The notes under the pieces were generated by a model. That model had not been told where the DNA came from, did not search any database, and saw only the letters and a program-made list of their open reading frames with translations. Below, piece by piece: positions 1-10,025 of a stretch of 64,000 nt of DNA. Numbering within the stretch: the first letter of the stretch is position 1; each line of letters starts with the position of its first letter. Source of the DNA: an uncultured Candidatus Binatia bacterium (GTDB lineage Bacteria; Desulfobacterota; Binatia; UBA9968; JAJDTQ01); NCBI GenBank assembly GCA_965218305.1, contig OZ244617.1, positions 715,776 to 779,775 on the forward strand, given 5' to 3'. A program made the translations under genes and the position numbers.

Positions 1-756
1 GCCCTCCACGTCGGAGAACGTATCCATCATCAACTGCTGGCGTGCGGCCACGAGTTGATCCGTGCGCATGGCCTGTGACAGTGGAAGGTCCTTGCCCATC
101 TGGACGGCGATCTTGGCGCTGGCCAGGGCCGCGGGATGGCGCGAGCCGATCTCCTTGGCCAACTCGAGGGTCACCGCTTCGAGTTCGCCCTCGGGCACCG
201 CTGCCGACACCAGCCCGAAGCGGTCCGCCTCGGCCCCCGAGAAGTTCCGCCCGCTGAAGTGCATCAGGGCCGCCTTCTTGGCCGTTATGCCGGTATGATA
301 GAGGGAGCTCAGGGCCATCTGGCCGAAGCTGCCCCGGACGATCTCGGGCATGCCGATCTTCGCGGTATCCGCGGCGATGGCGATGTCGTGGGCGGTCATG
401 AGCGCCATGCCCCCGCCCAGGCAGTGGCCGTGCACTTGGGCGATGGTGACCTTGGGGTAGTTCCTAAAACTCTCGTAGAACATCATATTCGGGTGGGAAC
501 GGTCCCAATCTCGCGGCGGTTCCGCGTGGATCGCCCGTAGGTCGCGCAGGTCCGCCCCGGCACAGTAGCACGGTCCGTTTCCCCGGGTGATGACCACACG
601 GACTTCGGGATCCGCCCGGACCGTCTCGAGGGCGTCGAGAATCTCGCCGGTCAGGGTCTGGCTCAGGGCGTTGCGCTTCTCGGGCCGGTTGAAGTTCAAC
701 CGCACCACGCCTTCGCCGATCCGTTCCAGCACCAGCGTCGACCACTCCTTTGTCAT
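1..756 (-). CDS. Enoyl-CoA hydratase/isomerase (crotonase) family protein. The C-terminus runs off the window edge, so the gene is partial.
   Basis: Reverse-strand translation begins MTKEWSTLVLERIGEGVVRLNFNRPEKRNAL...CYCAGADLRDL...AQVHGHCLGGGMALMTAHDIAIAA. This is the crotonase fold with the oxyanion-hole motifs. ATG at 756-754. The frame stays open to position 1. Confidence 0.85.
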   Translation of the reverse strand, partial: MTKEWSTLVLERIGEGVVRLNFNRPEKRNALSQTLTGEILDALETVRADPEVRVVITRGNGPCYCAGADLRDLRAIHAEPPRDWDRSHPNMMFYESFRNYPKVTIAQVHGHCLGGGMALMTAHDIAIAADTAKIGMPEIVRGSFGQMALSSLYHTGITAKKAALMHFSGRNFSGAEADRFGLVSAAVPEGELEAVTLELAKEIGSRHPAALASAKIAVQMGKDLPLSQAMRTDQLVAARQQLMMDTFSDVEG

Positions 757-808
757 TCCCGTGTCCTCCCGGCCTGATTGGCGGCCCCCAACCGAGGAAG
801 CGCGGCCA

Positions 809-1703
809 CTAGTCCTCCACGCCGGCCGGAGCCTTGTAGTAGTGCTGGTAGTACCAGTCGGCGATCTCGCCCGCGGTGGTCTTCCAGACGCCGTCGTGGG
901 AGCAGATGTAGTCCAGGGCCCGGTCCAGGGCGCCGATGCGAAAGGGCATGGCCGTGACGTAGGGGTGCAGCGGAATGGCCATGACCCGTCCGCCGTTCTC
1001 GCTCTCCCGGTAGAGGGTGTCGAACTGGTCGCAGACGATCCGGTAGTAGTCCGCCGGCGTGTGGTTGGCGTGGATGAACATGGAGATGTCGTTGATTCCC
1101 TGCTGATACGGCACCGTGATCATGCGGCCGGCCTCGACCCGCATGGGCGTGGGCTGATCGTCGTGGCCCCAGTCGCACAGGTACTCGAACCCCTCCGCGG
1201 CCAGGTAGTCCGGCGTTTCGTAGGTCTCGGAGAGCCCGGGTCCCAGCCAGCCCTTGGGGGCCTTGCCGGTGGCGTGGGCGATGATGTCACGGACCTTGCG
1301 TATGACCTTGCGCTGCTTCTTGTCGCCGTACGAGTTCATCCGCGTGTTGTTGTTCATGCCGTGGCCCAGCCACTCCCAGGAACGCTTGTTGCCCTCCTCG
1401 ATGATGGCCGGGTGCTGCGCGCACACCTCGGCGTTGAGCAGCACGCTGGCGCGCATGCCGTAGCGGTCGAACACCTCCATCATGCGGAACACGCCCACCC
1501 GCGACCCGTAGTCCCTCAAGGAATAGGACTGCACGTCCGGCAGCGGCTCCGGGACCCTCGGCAGGGCCTTGTCGATGTGAAAGCATTCGACGTTGGGGCC
1601 CAGCCAGAGCGCCACTCGCGCTCCGCCCGGCCATTCCAGCCGCGGCCGGTGGATGATCGGACTGTAGTCGTAACGTGTGCTGAACATCGGCGTTGCCTCC
1701 ATA
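809..1703 (-). CDS. Polysaccharide deacetylase family protein (PuuE/allantoinase-like).
   Basis: 334-aa ORF on the minus strand. Body motifs WPGGARVALWLGPNVE and HDDQP...IPLHPY fit the NodB/polysaccharide deacetylase fold. The start is ambiguous. ATG at 1703 lacks a Shine-Dalgarno. ATG at 1689 is preceded by GGAGG at 8 nt. Confidence 0.75.
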
Positions 1704-1878
1704 ACGGGTTCTGCGGTTGTCCGTTTGTGTGGTCTACCAGATACCACCGCGGGTGGCGAGGGCGGAGGTCCGTCCGCTGTTCGCACGGGACGGCGGTTCT
1801 TGATTTCGGTCACGGTCGCGATATGATGAGCAGAGCCCCGGACGTTCAGCCCAAGGGCTGAACACCAGGAGAACGGCT

Positions 1879-2172
1879 ATGACCAAGAAGTCCAGACACA
1901 CCGGCGTCCGCGAGGGTCTGGTCAACGACCCCGACATCCTTGCGAAACTCCGAGAGTTCCGTGCCCGCGTAGACCGGATGGAGTCACAGCGGGAGAGGTT
2001 GACAAAGAACTACCCAAATCATTGGGCCGCGCTGTATGGCGGTGACTTCGTCGTTGCCGAGTCTTTGGAGGACCTCCTTGAGAAGTTGGATGACCAAGGG
2101 GTGCCGACACACGAGACGGTGATCCGGTTTCTCGATCCGAAACCGGAACACATGATCCTTTGCCATCCGTGA
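1879..2172 (+). CDS. Hypothetical small protein (97 aa).
   Basis: ORF preceded by CAGGAGAACGGCT-ATG. Coding-like composition. No recognisable family. Confidence 0.45.
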   Translation: MTKKSRHTGVREGLVNDPDILAKLREFRARVDRMESQRERLTKNYPNHWAALYGGDFVVAESLEDLLEKLDDQGVPTHETVIRFLDPKPEHMILCHP

Positions 2173-2249
2173 TCCGGGGACGATTCGACCACTACCGACG
2201 ACCCTATGTCCTGGGTCGGCTCATCCTGCCTCGTTGGAACATTCAAGGA

Positions 2250-2426
2250 GAAGTCGACTTTCTCGTCGACACCGGAGCGGTCCTGCTGGCGTTCGCCTTC
2301 TCCGCGGCCATCGGCGTGTTCTTCGGCTTCCAGCCCGCCAAACGGGCCGCCCGGCTCAACCCCATCGAAGCGCTGCGCTACGAGTGGGGCGGTTTCGCCC
2401 CCCCTGGTGCGGGCCTGCGACACTAG
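2250..2426 (+). pseudogene. Remnant of the C-terminus of an FtsX/MacB-type ABC transporter permease.
   Basis: Translation ...[35 protein letters not shown] matches the invariant C-terminal tail of MacB/FtsX permeases. No upstream permease body or ATPase gene is present. The frame reads on past the canonical end. Confidence 0.55.
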
Positions 2427-3148
2427 GGTGCCTTGAAGGAATAGGCGGTGCGGAAGGCTTCCGTGGCCTGCATCCGCGCCCACCACGCGCCCAGCCCGGG
2501 CCGGGCATTCCAGTCCACCAGCCGCTCCAGTTTGTTGGCCTCGAAGCGCTCGATGAAGGGCGCGATGGAGCAGTCCGCCAGTGACATCCTGTCGCCGTTG
2601 AGCCAGGGCCGGTCCGCCAGGGCCTTCTCCACGTCGTCCAGGATCTCGGCGAGCCGCGCCTCGGCATAAGTCATTTGCTCCTCGGAGATGCCGTTCCTGA
2701 GCCGATCCGCCAGCAGCGCCCGTTTCGGTTCGGTGGGCTGCTGCATGATGGCGGCCTGCCGCTCTTCCTCGGACATGTTCTCGTAGCGCTTGATGCGGCC
2801 CTGCTTGATGAAGGAGATGACGTTGACGTTGCGGTGCAGCTCATGCTCGAACCGGTCCATCCAGATACGCATTTGCGCCCGTTCGTAGGGGTCGTCCGGC
2901 CTCAGCGGCACCTCCGGCCACATGTCGTCGAGGTACTCGAGAATGAAATTGGACTCGATGATGATCCGGCCGTCGTGCACCAGGGTGGGCACCACGCCGT
3001 TGGGATTCAGCTTGACGTACGAGGGGTCGAGATTCTCGAACTTCGCCAGATTGACGTAGACGCTCTCCCAGGAGAGTTGTTTCGCCGCCAGGGCGATCCG
3101 TACGCGGCGCGAGCAGGTGGAACTCCACCAATGATAGAGCTTCAGCAT
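2423..3148 (-). CDS. Glutathione S-transferase.
   Basis: [23 protein letters not shown]...VPTLVHDG carries the N-terminal GST thioredoxin-like motif. GGAGGTGTTTC-ATG Shine-Dalgarno. The 281-aa track ORF is trimmed to the ATG at 3148. Confidence 0.85.
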   Translation of the reverse strand: MLKLYHWWSSTCSRRVRIALAAKQLSWESVYVNLAKFENLDPSYVKLNPNGVVPTLVHDGRIIIESNFILEYLDDMWPEVPLRPDDPYERAQMRIWMDRFEHELHRNVNVISFIKQGRIKRYENMSEEERQAAIMQQPTEPKRALLADRLRNGISEEQMTYAEARLAEILDDVEKALADRPWLNGDRMSLADCSIAPFIERFEANKLERLVDWNARPGLGAWWARMQATEAFRTAYSFKAP

Positions 3149-3343
3149 GAAACACCTCCGAAACACAGGGGATTCAACAACCCCTCGGGCAGTCGCCAGC
3201 TTACTGCGAACCGGACAAGTGCGTCCACCGGCGGTCCGGGCTGCGGCCGCGCGGGGAGTTGCCAACATGGACCCGCGCTGGCATACAAGTCACTGTGGTT
3301 CGGCCGCATGCCATTTTACCAGCGGAACAGAAAAGGATCTTAC

Positions 3344-3748
3344 ATGAGCGCTTCCAGGCATGGGACTTTCAGTTGGTGTGAGCTTCTGACCACTGACGTC
3401 GAAGCGGCAAAGAGCTTCTACGCCGAGCTTTTCGGGTGGACCATGGAGCCCGTAACCCACGAGTGCGACGAAGGCAACGAGACTTTTGAATACAATCTCG
3501 TGAAAGTGGATGGAACCGAGGTCGGCGGAATCATGGCCGTGCCGCCCCAGGCCGAGGGAATGCCGCCGTGCTGGGGGGCCTATGTGACGGTGGACGATGT
3601 GGACACGGCGGCGAAAAAGGTCCGGGATCTCGGGGGTGAGATCATGGTGCCGTTGAAGGATATACCGGGCGTGGGGCGGTTTTGTGTCATCCGGGACCCC
3701 CAGGGTGCCACACTCACCATGATCACCTACTTGCCGGGGCACGAATAG
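3344..3748 (+). CDS. VOC (glyoxalase/bleomycin-resistance) family protein.
   Basis: 134 aa. ...FSWCELLTTDVEAAKSFYAELFGWTMEP... and ...GRFCVIRDPQGATLTM are typical of the VOC fold. AAAAGGA Shine-Dalgarno. Confidence 0.8.
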   Translation: MSASRHGTFSWCELLTTDVEAAKSFYAELFGWTMEPVTHECDEGNETFEYNLVKVDGTEVGGIMAVPPQAEGMPPCWGAYVTVDDVDTAAKKVRDLGGEIMVPLKDIPGVGRFCVIRDPQGATLTMITYLPGHE

Positions 3749-3792
3749 GCGTCGTCTACGGGGATCGCCGCTGCACCGATGGGTGCGATACG

Positions 3793-4398
3793 ATGTCTCG
3801 AGTTCCACCGCCCTCGCCGGAAGATTCGCTGGTCCGTTGCGGATGGGCCGGGACCGACCTGTCCCGGGCGTACCACGACACGGAGTGGGGGGTGCCGTGC
3901 CATGATGACCGGACGTTGTTCGAGTTCCTGATCCTCGAGGGCGCGCAGGCGGGATTGAGCTGGGAGACCATTCTGAGAAAGCGGCATGACTACCGCCGAG
4001 CGTTCAGCGGCTTCGACCCGGTCGCCGTGGCCCGCTATGATGAACGGAAGCGGGGCGAACTTTTGAAGGATGCGGGTCTGGTACGGAACCGCCTCAAGAT
4101 CAACGCGGCGGTCATCAACGCCCAGGCGTTTCTCCGGGCGAGGGAGGAGCACGGCACGTTCGACCGCTACATCTGGCAATTCGCCGACGGACGTCCTCGG
4201 GTCAACCGGTGGCGTGCCCATGAGGAGGTACCGGCGCGCACGCCGGAGTCGGAGGCCATGAGCCGTGATCTTTCGGGCCGTGGGTTCCGGTTCGTCGGCC
4301 CGACCATCTGCTATGCTTTTATGCAGGCGGTGGGGATGGTGAACGATCACCTTGTGCAGTGTTTCAGGCATCGCGCGGTCACGACCCTGGGCTGCTGA
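3793..4398 (+). CDS. tag: DNA-3-methyladenine glycosylase I.
   Basis: ...RCGWAGTDLSRAYHDTEWGVPCHDDRTLFEFLILEGAQAGLSWETIL... is the hallmark Tag sequence. Confidence 0.9.
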   Translation: MSRVPPPSPEDSLVRCGWAGTDLSRAYHDTEWGVPCHDDRTLFEFLILEGAQAGLSWETILRKRHDYRRAFSGFDPVAVARYDERKRGELLKDAGLVRNRLKINAAVINAQAFLRAREEHGTFDRYIWQFADGRPRVNRWRAHEEVPARTPESEAMSRDLSGRGFRFVGPTICYAFMQAVGMVNDHLVQCFRHRAVTTLGC

Positions 4399-4458
4399 TC
4401 GTCCGCCGGTTGCGGCGACGGGGATTGCCATGAATCGAGCACGGAGGAGGAGAACGCT

Positions 4459-4857
4459 ATGACGGAAGGCTTGTTTCGCAGGGGTTCGCGTTACGTCTAC
4501 GCGCTTATGCGAATCGTCGTCGGGCTGGCGTTCGCGCAGCACGGCGCGCAGAAGCTGTTCGGTTTCTTCGGCGGCATGGACGGAAGCGGCGCGTCGGTGG
4601 AGATGCTCTCGCTCATGGGGGCCGCGGGCGTCATCGAGTTCGGCGGCGGTCTGCTGGTGGCGGTGGGAATTTTCACGCGCCTTGCGGCCTTTCTCTGCAG
4701 CGGCCAAATGGCCGCGGCCTATTTCATAGCCCACGCCGGTCGCGGTTTCTGGCCCATTGAGAACGACGGGGAGCTCGCTGTGCTCTTCTGCTTCGTGTTC
4801 CTGTATATCGCATGCCGGGGCGGCGGCGCATTGAGCGTTGGCAGATCCGGCCGGTAG
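4459..4857 (+). CDS. DoxX family membrane protein.
   Basis: 132 aa with hydrophobic segments and a ...AQHGAQKLFGFFGG... DoxX-like motif. GGAGGAGGAG Shine-Dalgarno. Confidence 0.75.
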   Translation: MTEGLFRRGSRYVYALMRIVVGLAFAQHGAQKLFGFFGGMDGSGASVEMLSLMGAAGVIEFGGGLLVAVGIFTRLAAFLCSGQMAAAYFIAHAGRGFWPIENDGELAVLFCFVFLYIACRGGGALSVGRSGR

Positions 4858-4861
4858 GCTC

Positions 4862-5662
4862 ATGGCAACCTACGCCATCGGCGACGTACAAGGCTGCTAC
4901 GAGCCCCTCCGGCGGCTGCTGGACGTTGTCGGCTTCGACCCGCCGACCGACCGGCTGTGGTTCGCCGGCGACCTGGTGAACCGCGGTCCGGACTCCCTCT
5001 CCGTGCTGCGCTTCGTCAGGGGGCTCGGCGCGGCCGGGATTGCCGTTCTCGGCAACCACGACCTTCACCTCGTCTGCCGCGCGGAGGGCATCTCCGCCGC
5101 CAAGCGCCACGACACCCTTGATGATGTCCTGGGCGCCGCCGACCGTGACGAGATCATCGATTGGCTGCGCCGTCTTCCGCTGATCCATTGCGAGAACCGA
5201 TACGTCCTCTCCCACGCCGGTCTGTTGCCGCAGTGGACCACCCGCAGGGCTGCGGAGTTGGCGGGCGAGGTCGAAGCGCGGCTGCGGGCCGCCGACTACA
5301 GGGATTTCCTGCGGTGCCAGACGGGTCGCTCGGTCAGCGAGTGGTCCGATGATCTGACCGGGCCGGCGCGCTGGAGCTGCATCGCTGGCGTGTTCACGCG
5401 GCTCCGGTGCTGTGCGGCCGACGGCCGCATGGCGCTGTCGTTCTCCGGGCCGCCGGCGGATGCGCCCGCAGGGTACAGTCCGTGGTTCGTCTGGCGCCGC
5501 GAGAGCGGGAGCGAGACGGTTCTGTACGGGCACTGGGCGGCTATGGGGTTCCACCGCGAGAACGGCACGGTGTGCCTGGACAGCGGCTGCGTGTGGGGCG
5601 GCTCGCTGACCGCCCTTCGCCTCGACGACGGGCAGGTCTTTCAGGTGCCCGGTGGCTTGTAG
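4862..5662 (+). CDS. apaH: Bis(5'-nucleosyl)-tetraphosphatase, symmetrical (diadenosine tetraphosphatase).
   Basis: MATYAIGDVQGCYEPLRRLL...GDLVNRGPDSL...GNHDLHL carries the metallophosphatase motifs of ApaH. Confidence 0.9.
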   Translation: MATYAIGDVQGCYEPLRRLLDVVGFDPPTDRLWFAGDLVNRGPDSLSVLRFVRGLGAAGIAVLGNHDLHLVCRAEGISAAKRHDTLDDVLGAADRDEIIDWLRRLPLIHCENRYVLSHAGLLPQWTTRRAAELAGEVEARLRAADYRDFLRCQTGRSVSEWSDDLTGPARWSCIAGVFTRLRCCAADGRMALSFSGPPADAPAGYSPWFVWRRESGSETVLYGHWAAMGFHRENGTVCLDSGCVWGGSLTALRLDDGQVFQVPGGL

Positions 5663-5742
5663 CGCACGGGCTGTGTCAGTGTTCAGCGCGCGATGACCAC
5701 GATCGGGTTTAAACCCCGCGCCTGCATCTCGTTATCACGCCT

Positions 5743-6831
5743 TTACGACTGCAACGGGTCCGACGCGTCCAACTGCTTGCGGCGCTGCTGCTCCAGCGCC
5801 CACGCCACGTGCTCCCGTACCAGCGGAGACGCATCCTCGCTGCGCTCCTGCAACCCCTGGACGATGAGGGGATCGTAGGGCGCATTGCCCAACGCCACGG
5901 CGACGTTCCGCAGCCAGCAGGCGTGGCCGATGCGGCGAATCGCGCTCCCGCTCATGATGCGCAGGAAATCCGCCTCGCTCCAGCGAAAGATCTGCAGCAG
6001 CGCCGGCGCGTCCAGTTCGTGCCGGGGCAGAAAGCCCGCTTCGTCCGTGGGACGGGCATAGCGGTTCCAGGGGCAGACGAGTTGGCAGTCGTCGCAGCCG
6101 TAGATGCGGTTGCCCATGAGCGGCCGCAGCTCCACCGGGATGGAGCCGCGAAGCTCGATGGTGAGGTAGGAGATGCACCGGCGGGCATCGAGTTGGTACG
6201 GCCCGGTGATGGCGCCGGTGGGGCAGACGTCGATGCAGGCGCGGCAGGTGCCGCAGCGGTCCTCGGCGGCGCGGTCCGTGGGCAGCGCCAGATCGGTATA
6301 GATTTCGCCCAGGAAGAACCACGAGCCGGCGCCGGTGTTGATGAGGTTGGTGTGCTTGCCGATCCAGCCCAGGCCGGCGTTGCGCGCCAGCGGTTTTTCC
6401 AGCACCGGCGCGCTGTCGGTGAACACCCGGTAGCCGAAGGGACCGGCGAACGCGGCAATCCGATCCGCCAGGCCCTGCAGCCGCTTCCGCAGGAGCCGGT
6501 GGTAGTCCCGCCCCAGGGCGTAGCGCGAGACATAGCCGAGGCGAGGGTCGTCGAGGACTTGCCACGGGTCGGTCCCCGTCTCCGGAAGGTAATCCATGCG
6601 GGCGGAGATCACTCGGGCCGTGCCCGGCACCAGCTCGGCCGGCCGCGCGCGCCGGGACCCGTGCCGTTCCATGTAGCCCATCTCGCCGTGCCGTCCCTCG
6701 GCCAGCCAGCGCTCCAGCAGCGCCTCGTCCGCGGCCAGGTCGACGCCGGCGATGCCGATCTGCTGGAAGCCCAGCTCGCGGCCCCATGCCTTGATGCGGT
6801 CGGCCAAACGGCCGAGGTCCGGCTCGGTCAT
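5743..6831 (-). CDS. queG: Epoxyqueuosine reductase.
   Basis: 362 aa. CGTCRACIDVCPTGAI...CDDCQLVCPWN ferredoxin-like clusters plus the C-terminal HEAT-like region typical of QueG. Confidence 0.85.
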   Translation of the reverse strand: MTEPDLGRLADRIKAWGRELGFQQIGIAGVDLAADEALLERWLAEGRHGEMGYMERHGSRRARPAELVPGTARVISARMDYLPETGTDPWQVLDDPRLGYVSRYALGRDYHRLLRKRLQGLADRIAAFAGPFGYRVFTDSAPVLEKPLARNAGLGWIGKHTNLINTGAGSWFFLGEIYTDLALPTDRAAEDRCGTCRACIDVCPTGAITGPYQLDARRCISYLTIELRGSIPVELRPLMGNRIYGCDDCQLVCPWNRYARPTDEAGFLPRHELDAPALLQIFRWSEADFLRIMSGSAIRRIGHACWLRNVAVALGNAPYDPLIVQGLQERSEDASPLVREHVAWALEQQRRKQLDASDPLQS

Positions 6832-6837
6832 GGCGTA

Positions 6838-7926
6838 CTACGACGCCGGCGAGTAGCCCCTGGCGAACCAGGGCTCGAGGTCCGCCGAGAACAGATCGCC
6901 GGGGAGGTCCGTGCCCACGCCAGTCTCACGGGCCTTGTCCAGCATCGCCTTGCCCACGGCGGCGAACTGGATCGCCATGCCCGAGTTGTTCTTGTAGTAG
7001 ATGATTTCCGCGGGGTCCCGGCGGCCGGGCGCGGTTTTGTTCACCACCTCGCCCAGCTCGGCCACCTTGTCCCAGGAGGTCTCGCCGGCCTCGATGGGAT
7101 CCAGCAGTTCCTTCTGGCGGTTGGCGTGCACGCTCTCGCGGCCGTTGACCACGATCAGATCGCTGCGTGTGATGGTCTCCCGGTCCACCTCGTGGCGCTC
7201 GAACACCACGTCGCTGTTGACGATGGACACGACCGTCTGCCCCGGTTCCAGGTCCCTGCCGTCGAACACGGGACCCGACGAGCTGGTGGCGCAGCAGATG
7301 ACGTCGGATCCCTTCACCACCTCGCCCGGCTCGGTAGCGCTGGTCACCGGGATCCTCAGTTCGTCGCCGAATCGTGCGCAGAAATCCTCTCGGTGTGCGT
7401 GGGAGGGGCTGTACACCTTCATGCGTTGCAGGGGAAGGGCGGCCGCCAGTGCCCGGGCGTGCAGCTCCGCCTGGTGCCCCGTGCCGAAGAGGCCGGCGAC
7501 GCGGGAGTCCGGGCGGGCCAGCAGGCGGACGGCGGCGCCGCTGGTGGCGCCCACCCGCAAGGGCGAGATGCTGCCGTCCACGATGATGCCCAGAAGCTCG
7601 GCGGTCTCCAGGCTGTAGATGAGGAACTGGCCCCAGTAGCGCCGGGTGGGGTGCTGGAACTCCACCCGGCGGGTCTCGTCGTCCTTCTCCTGCGCGAGCC
7701 TGGAATTCAGGCGCACCGCCGCCACCCCGTACTTGGGCAGCGCCCCTGCATGGATGTTGGCAAAATATTTCGCCTCCGAGCCGGGCGTCGGACAGGAGTA
7801 ACGCAGCCGTGGCGGGTTGACCCCGTTCCCGCGCCCGAACTCGCGGAACACGTCCTCCATGAGATCGATACACTCACCCATGCTGAGCAGGTCCTTGCCT
7901 TCCTCTTCGTTGATGATCATCACCAT
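6838..7926 (-). CDS. Ornithine cyclodeaminase/mu-crystallin family protein.
   Basis: ...GLFGTGHQAELHARAL... Rossmann motif of the OCD/mu-crystallin family. ATG at 7926 with GGAGG 10 nt upstream. The longer track ORF begins at a TTG. Sits 6 bp upstream of queG on the same strand. Confidence 0.8.
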   Translation of the reverse strand: MVMIINEEEGKDLLSMGECIDLMEDVFREFGRGNGVNPPRLRYSCPTPGSEAKYFANIHAGALPKYGVAAVRLNSRLAQEKDDETRRVEFQHPTRRYWGQFLIYSLETAELLGIIVDGSISPLRVGATSGAAVRLLARPDSRVAGLFGTGHQAELHARALAAALPLQRMKVYSPSHAHREDFCARFGDELRIPVTSATEPGEVVKGSDVICCATSSSGPVFDGRDLEPGQTVVSIVNSDVVFERHEVDRETITRSDLIVVNGRESVHANRQKELLDPIEAGETSWDKVAELGEVVNKTAPGRRDPAEIIYYKNNSGMAIQFAAVGKAMLDKARETGVGTDLPGDLFSADLEPWFARGYSPAS

Positions 7927-8227
7927 GAGCTCTGGTCCTCCACGGCTTTTCGCCAATCCCGATGAAATCCCTGCCTGCCTCGCCGGTCCGTAACGAATCT
8001 ACCGGAAACGGTCACTCGGGTCCATTTGCACGAATCCCCATCTCCTCGTCACCCCAGGCCAAGCCCGGGGTGACGGTTACTATAGCCGGGGTGACCGGGT
8101 CACGCCCGGGATCAAGGAGAGGGACCTGGAACCGGGTGCGGTACCGGTTTGATGCGGGCCGGTGGGTGCAGTAGAAAGACCGTGCGAGGTCGCCGGCAGC
8201 CATGGGCTGCACGGCCGGAGCCACTCC

Positions 8228-9844
8228 ATGCCGGACCAGCGTACGACTCTGCAGGATGCCATCTCGCGCTACATGCCGCTCAAGACCGCGGCGGACTTCT
8301 GCGACGACAACGCGCGCCGCGTGGGGGAGCATGAGGCGCTGGTGGACGCCCGGCGGCGCCTCACCTGGGGGCAGATGGCAGAGCTTTCCGATGCCCTGGC
8401 GTTGGGTCTGCTGGATCTGGGCCTGGAGCACGACGCCCGTGTGCTCATTCAAATGCCCAACTCCGCCGAGCTCTTTCTGGCGCGGCTGGCTTGCGAGAAG
8501 GCGGGCCTCAGGCTCGTGACCGTGGCCCCGAGCCTGCGCCGGGCCGAGCTCGATCCCATCATCCGCTTCACCCGTCCAGAGGTCGCCATCCTTCCCAACG
8601 TCTATCGCGGGTTCCGCCATCTGGAGTTGCTGGAACAGGTCCGCGTCCCCGAGTTACGCCACGTCCTGGCGGCTTGGGACGAGGTCCCGGACGGCTGCCT
8701 TTCCCTGGAGGAGATCCTTTCGGGCGCCGTTTCCGACGAACGGCGGCGGCTCCTGTCCCGGACGCATTACGGAGTCGAGGGCGTCTGCCAACTCGCCACC
8801 ACCAGCGGCTCCACCGGGGTGCCCAAATGCGCGGCGGTGCCCCTTTACACGCGGCTCCTGACGGCCTGGCTGCACCTCCGGCGGTTCCGCGTGGGCGGCG
8901 ACGACACCCTGTGCGCGGTCACCGCCATCATCTCGGGCGTGGCGGACGGGCTGGTCTACAACGGCGTCTGTCAGGCGGGCGCCCGGGTGGTGCTGATGGA
9001 TCACTTCGACCCGCGGCGCACGTGTGAGGCCGTGGCCCGGGAGCGGGTGAACGTCCTGCCCATGGTTCCCACGATGATCTCCCGGCTACTGGCGCTGCCG
9101 GATCTGGACGACCACGACATGGGCTCGCTGCGCATCATCGTCAGCCACGGCTCGTCTCTGCCCCACGAGGTGGGGCACGCGGCCGAGGCGAGGTTGGGTT
9201 GCCGGATCATGCAGGGCTACGGCAGCGTGGACTGCGGCGGCCTGTGCGCCACCTCCTGGGAGGATCCGCCTGACGTCCGCATCGGCTCGGTGGGCCGGCC
9301 CCTTGACGGCAACGAGATGCGGATCATGGACGGGGACGGCAACGAGGTCCCCCGGGGCGATACCGGACGGCTGTGGGTCCGGGGCCTGCCTTCGGATGCC
9401 CGCTTCTTCGAAAACCCCGAGCTCAACGCGCGCCGGCGCGCCGACGGCTTCCTGGATCTGCAGGAATGGGGCCGGATGGACGAGCACGGCAACGTCTATC
9501 TCATGGGCCGGGATCAGGACCTGATCATCCGCGGCGGACAGAATATCTTTCCGGCCGACCTCGAGAACCTGTTGATTCGCCACCCCAAGGTGCGGGAGGC
9601 CGCGGTGGTGGGTTATGCGGATCCGGAGATGGGCGAACGCATCGCCGCGTGCGTCGTGGCCGAGGGCGGCGAGTCGTTAACCCTGGAAGAGGTGACGGAG
9701 TTTTTGAGGGGCCAGGGGCTGGCCCCTTTCAAGCGGCCGGACCGCCTGGAATTGATGGACGCCTTCCCCAAGGTCGCGTCCGGGGACAAGGTGGACAAGC
9801 GGGCGCTCAGGGAGAGTCTGCCTCAGCCGCCGCCGGGTCGTTGA
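8228..9844 (+). CDS. AMP-dependent synthetase/ligase (acyl-CoA synthetase family).
   Basis: TTSGSTGVPK AMP-binding motif, ...YGSVDCGG..., and C-terminal ...GDKVDKRAL. ATG at 8228 with GGAG upstream. Confidence 0.85.
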   Translation: MPDQRTTLQDAISRYMPLKTAADFCDDNARRVGEHEALVDARRRLTWGQMAELSDALALGLLDLGLEHDARVLIQMPNSAELFLARLACEKAGLRLVTVAPSLRRAELDPIIRFTRPEVAILPNVYRGFRHLELLEQVRVPELRHVLAAWDEVPDGCLSLEEILSGAVSDERRRLLSRTHYGVEGVCQLATTSGSTGVPKCAAVPLYTRLLTAWLHLRRFRVGGDDTLCAVTAIISGVADGLVYNGVCQAGARVVLMDHFDPRRTCEAVARERVNVLPMVPTMISRLLALPDLDDHDMGSLRIIVSHGSSLPHEVGHAAEARLGCRIMQGYGSVDCGGLCATSWEDPPDVRIGSVGRPLDGNEMRIMDGDGNEVPRGDTGRLWVRGLPSDARFFENPELNARRRADGFLDLQEWGRMDEHGNVYLMGRDQDLIIRGGQNIFPADLENLLIRHPKVREAAVVGYADPEMGERIAACVVAEGGESLTLEEVTEFLRGQGLAPFKRPDRLELMDAFPKVASGDKVDKRALRESLPQPPPGR

Positions 9845-10025
9845 CGTGTACGCGGATGGCCCCGTAGGCGCAGTCCCACTGGCACACGAAGCATCCCTGG
9901 CAGTCGCCGGGGTAGGCCATTACGGCCTTTTGGTTCGGGTCCAGGCGCAGGACGTCGGTGGGACAGGTCTCGACGCACACGCCGCAGCCGGTGCACGCCC
10001 TCCCGTTCACTTCAACGTGAGGCAC
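9807..10025 (-). CDS. 4Fe-4S ferredoxin.
   Basis: 72 aa with CTGCGVCVETCP and CQGCFVCQWDCAYGAI cluster motifs. GTG start with CAGGAGG 7 nt upstream. The start overlaps the stop of the upstream FAD oxidoreductase. The 3' end overlaps the convergent ligase gene by 38 nt. Confidence 0.75.
   Translation of the reverse strand: MPHVEVNGRACTGCGVCVETCPTDVLRLDPNQKAVMAYPGDCQGCFVCQWDCAYGAIRVHVNDPAAAEADSP

Noticed and set aside
587-1861. 424-aa plus-strand ORF.
   Set aside because: It is antisense to the well-supported polysaccharide deacetylase gene. This is a typical high-GC shadow ORF with an Arg/Gly/Pro-rich translation.
5809-7965. 718-aa plus-strand ORF.
   Set aside because: It is antisense to queG and the ornithine cyclodeaminase gene. 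Low-complexity Ala/Gly/Arg translation.
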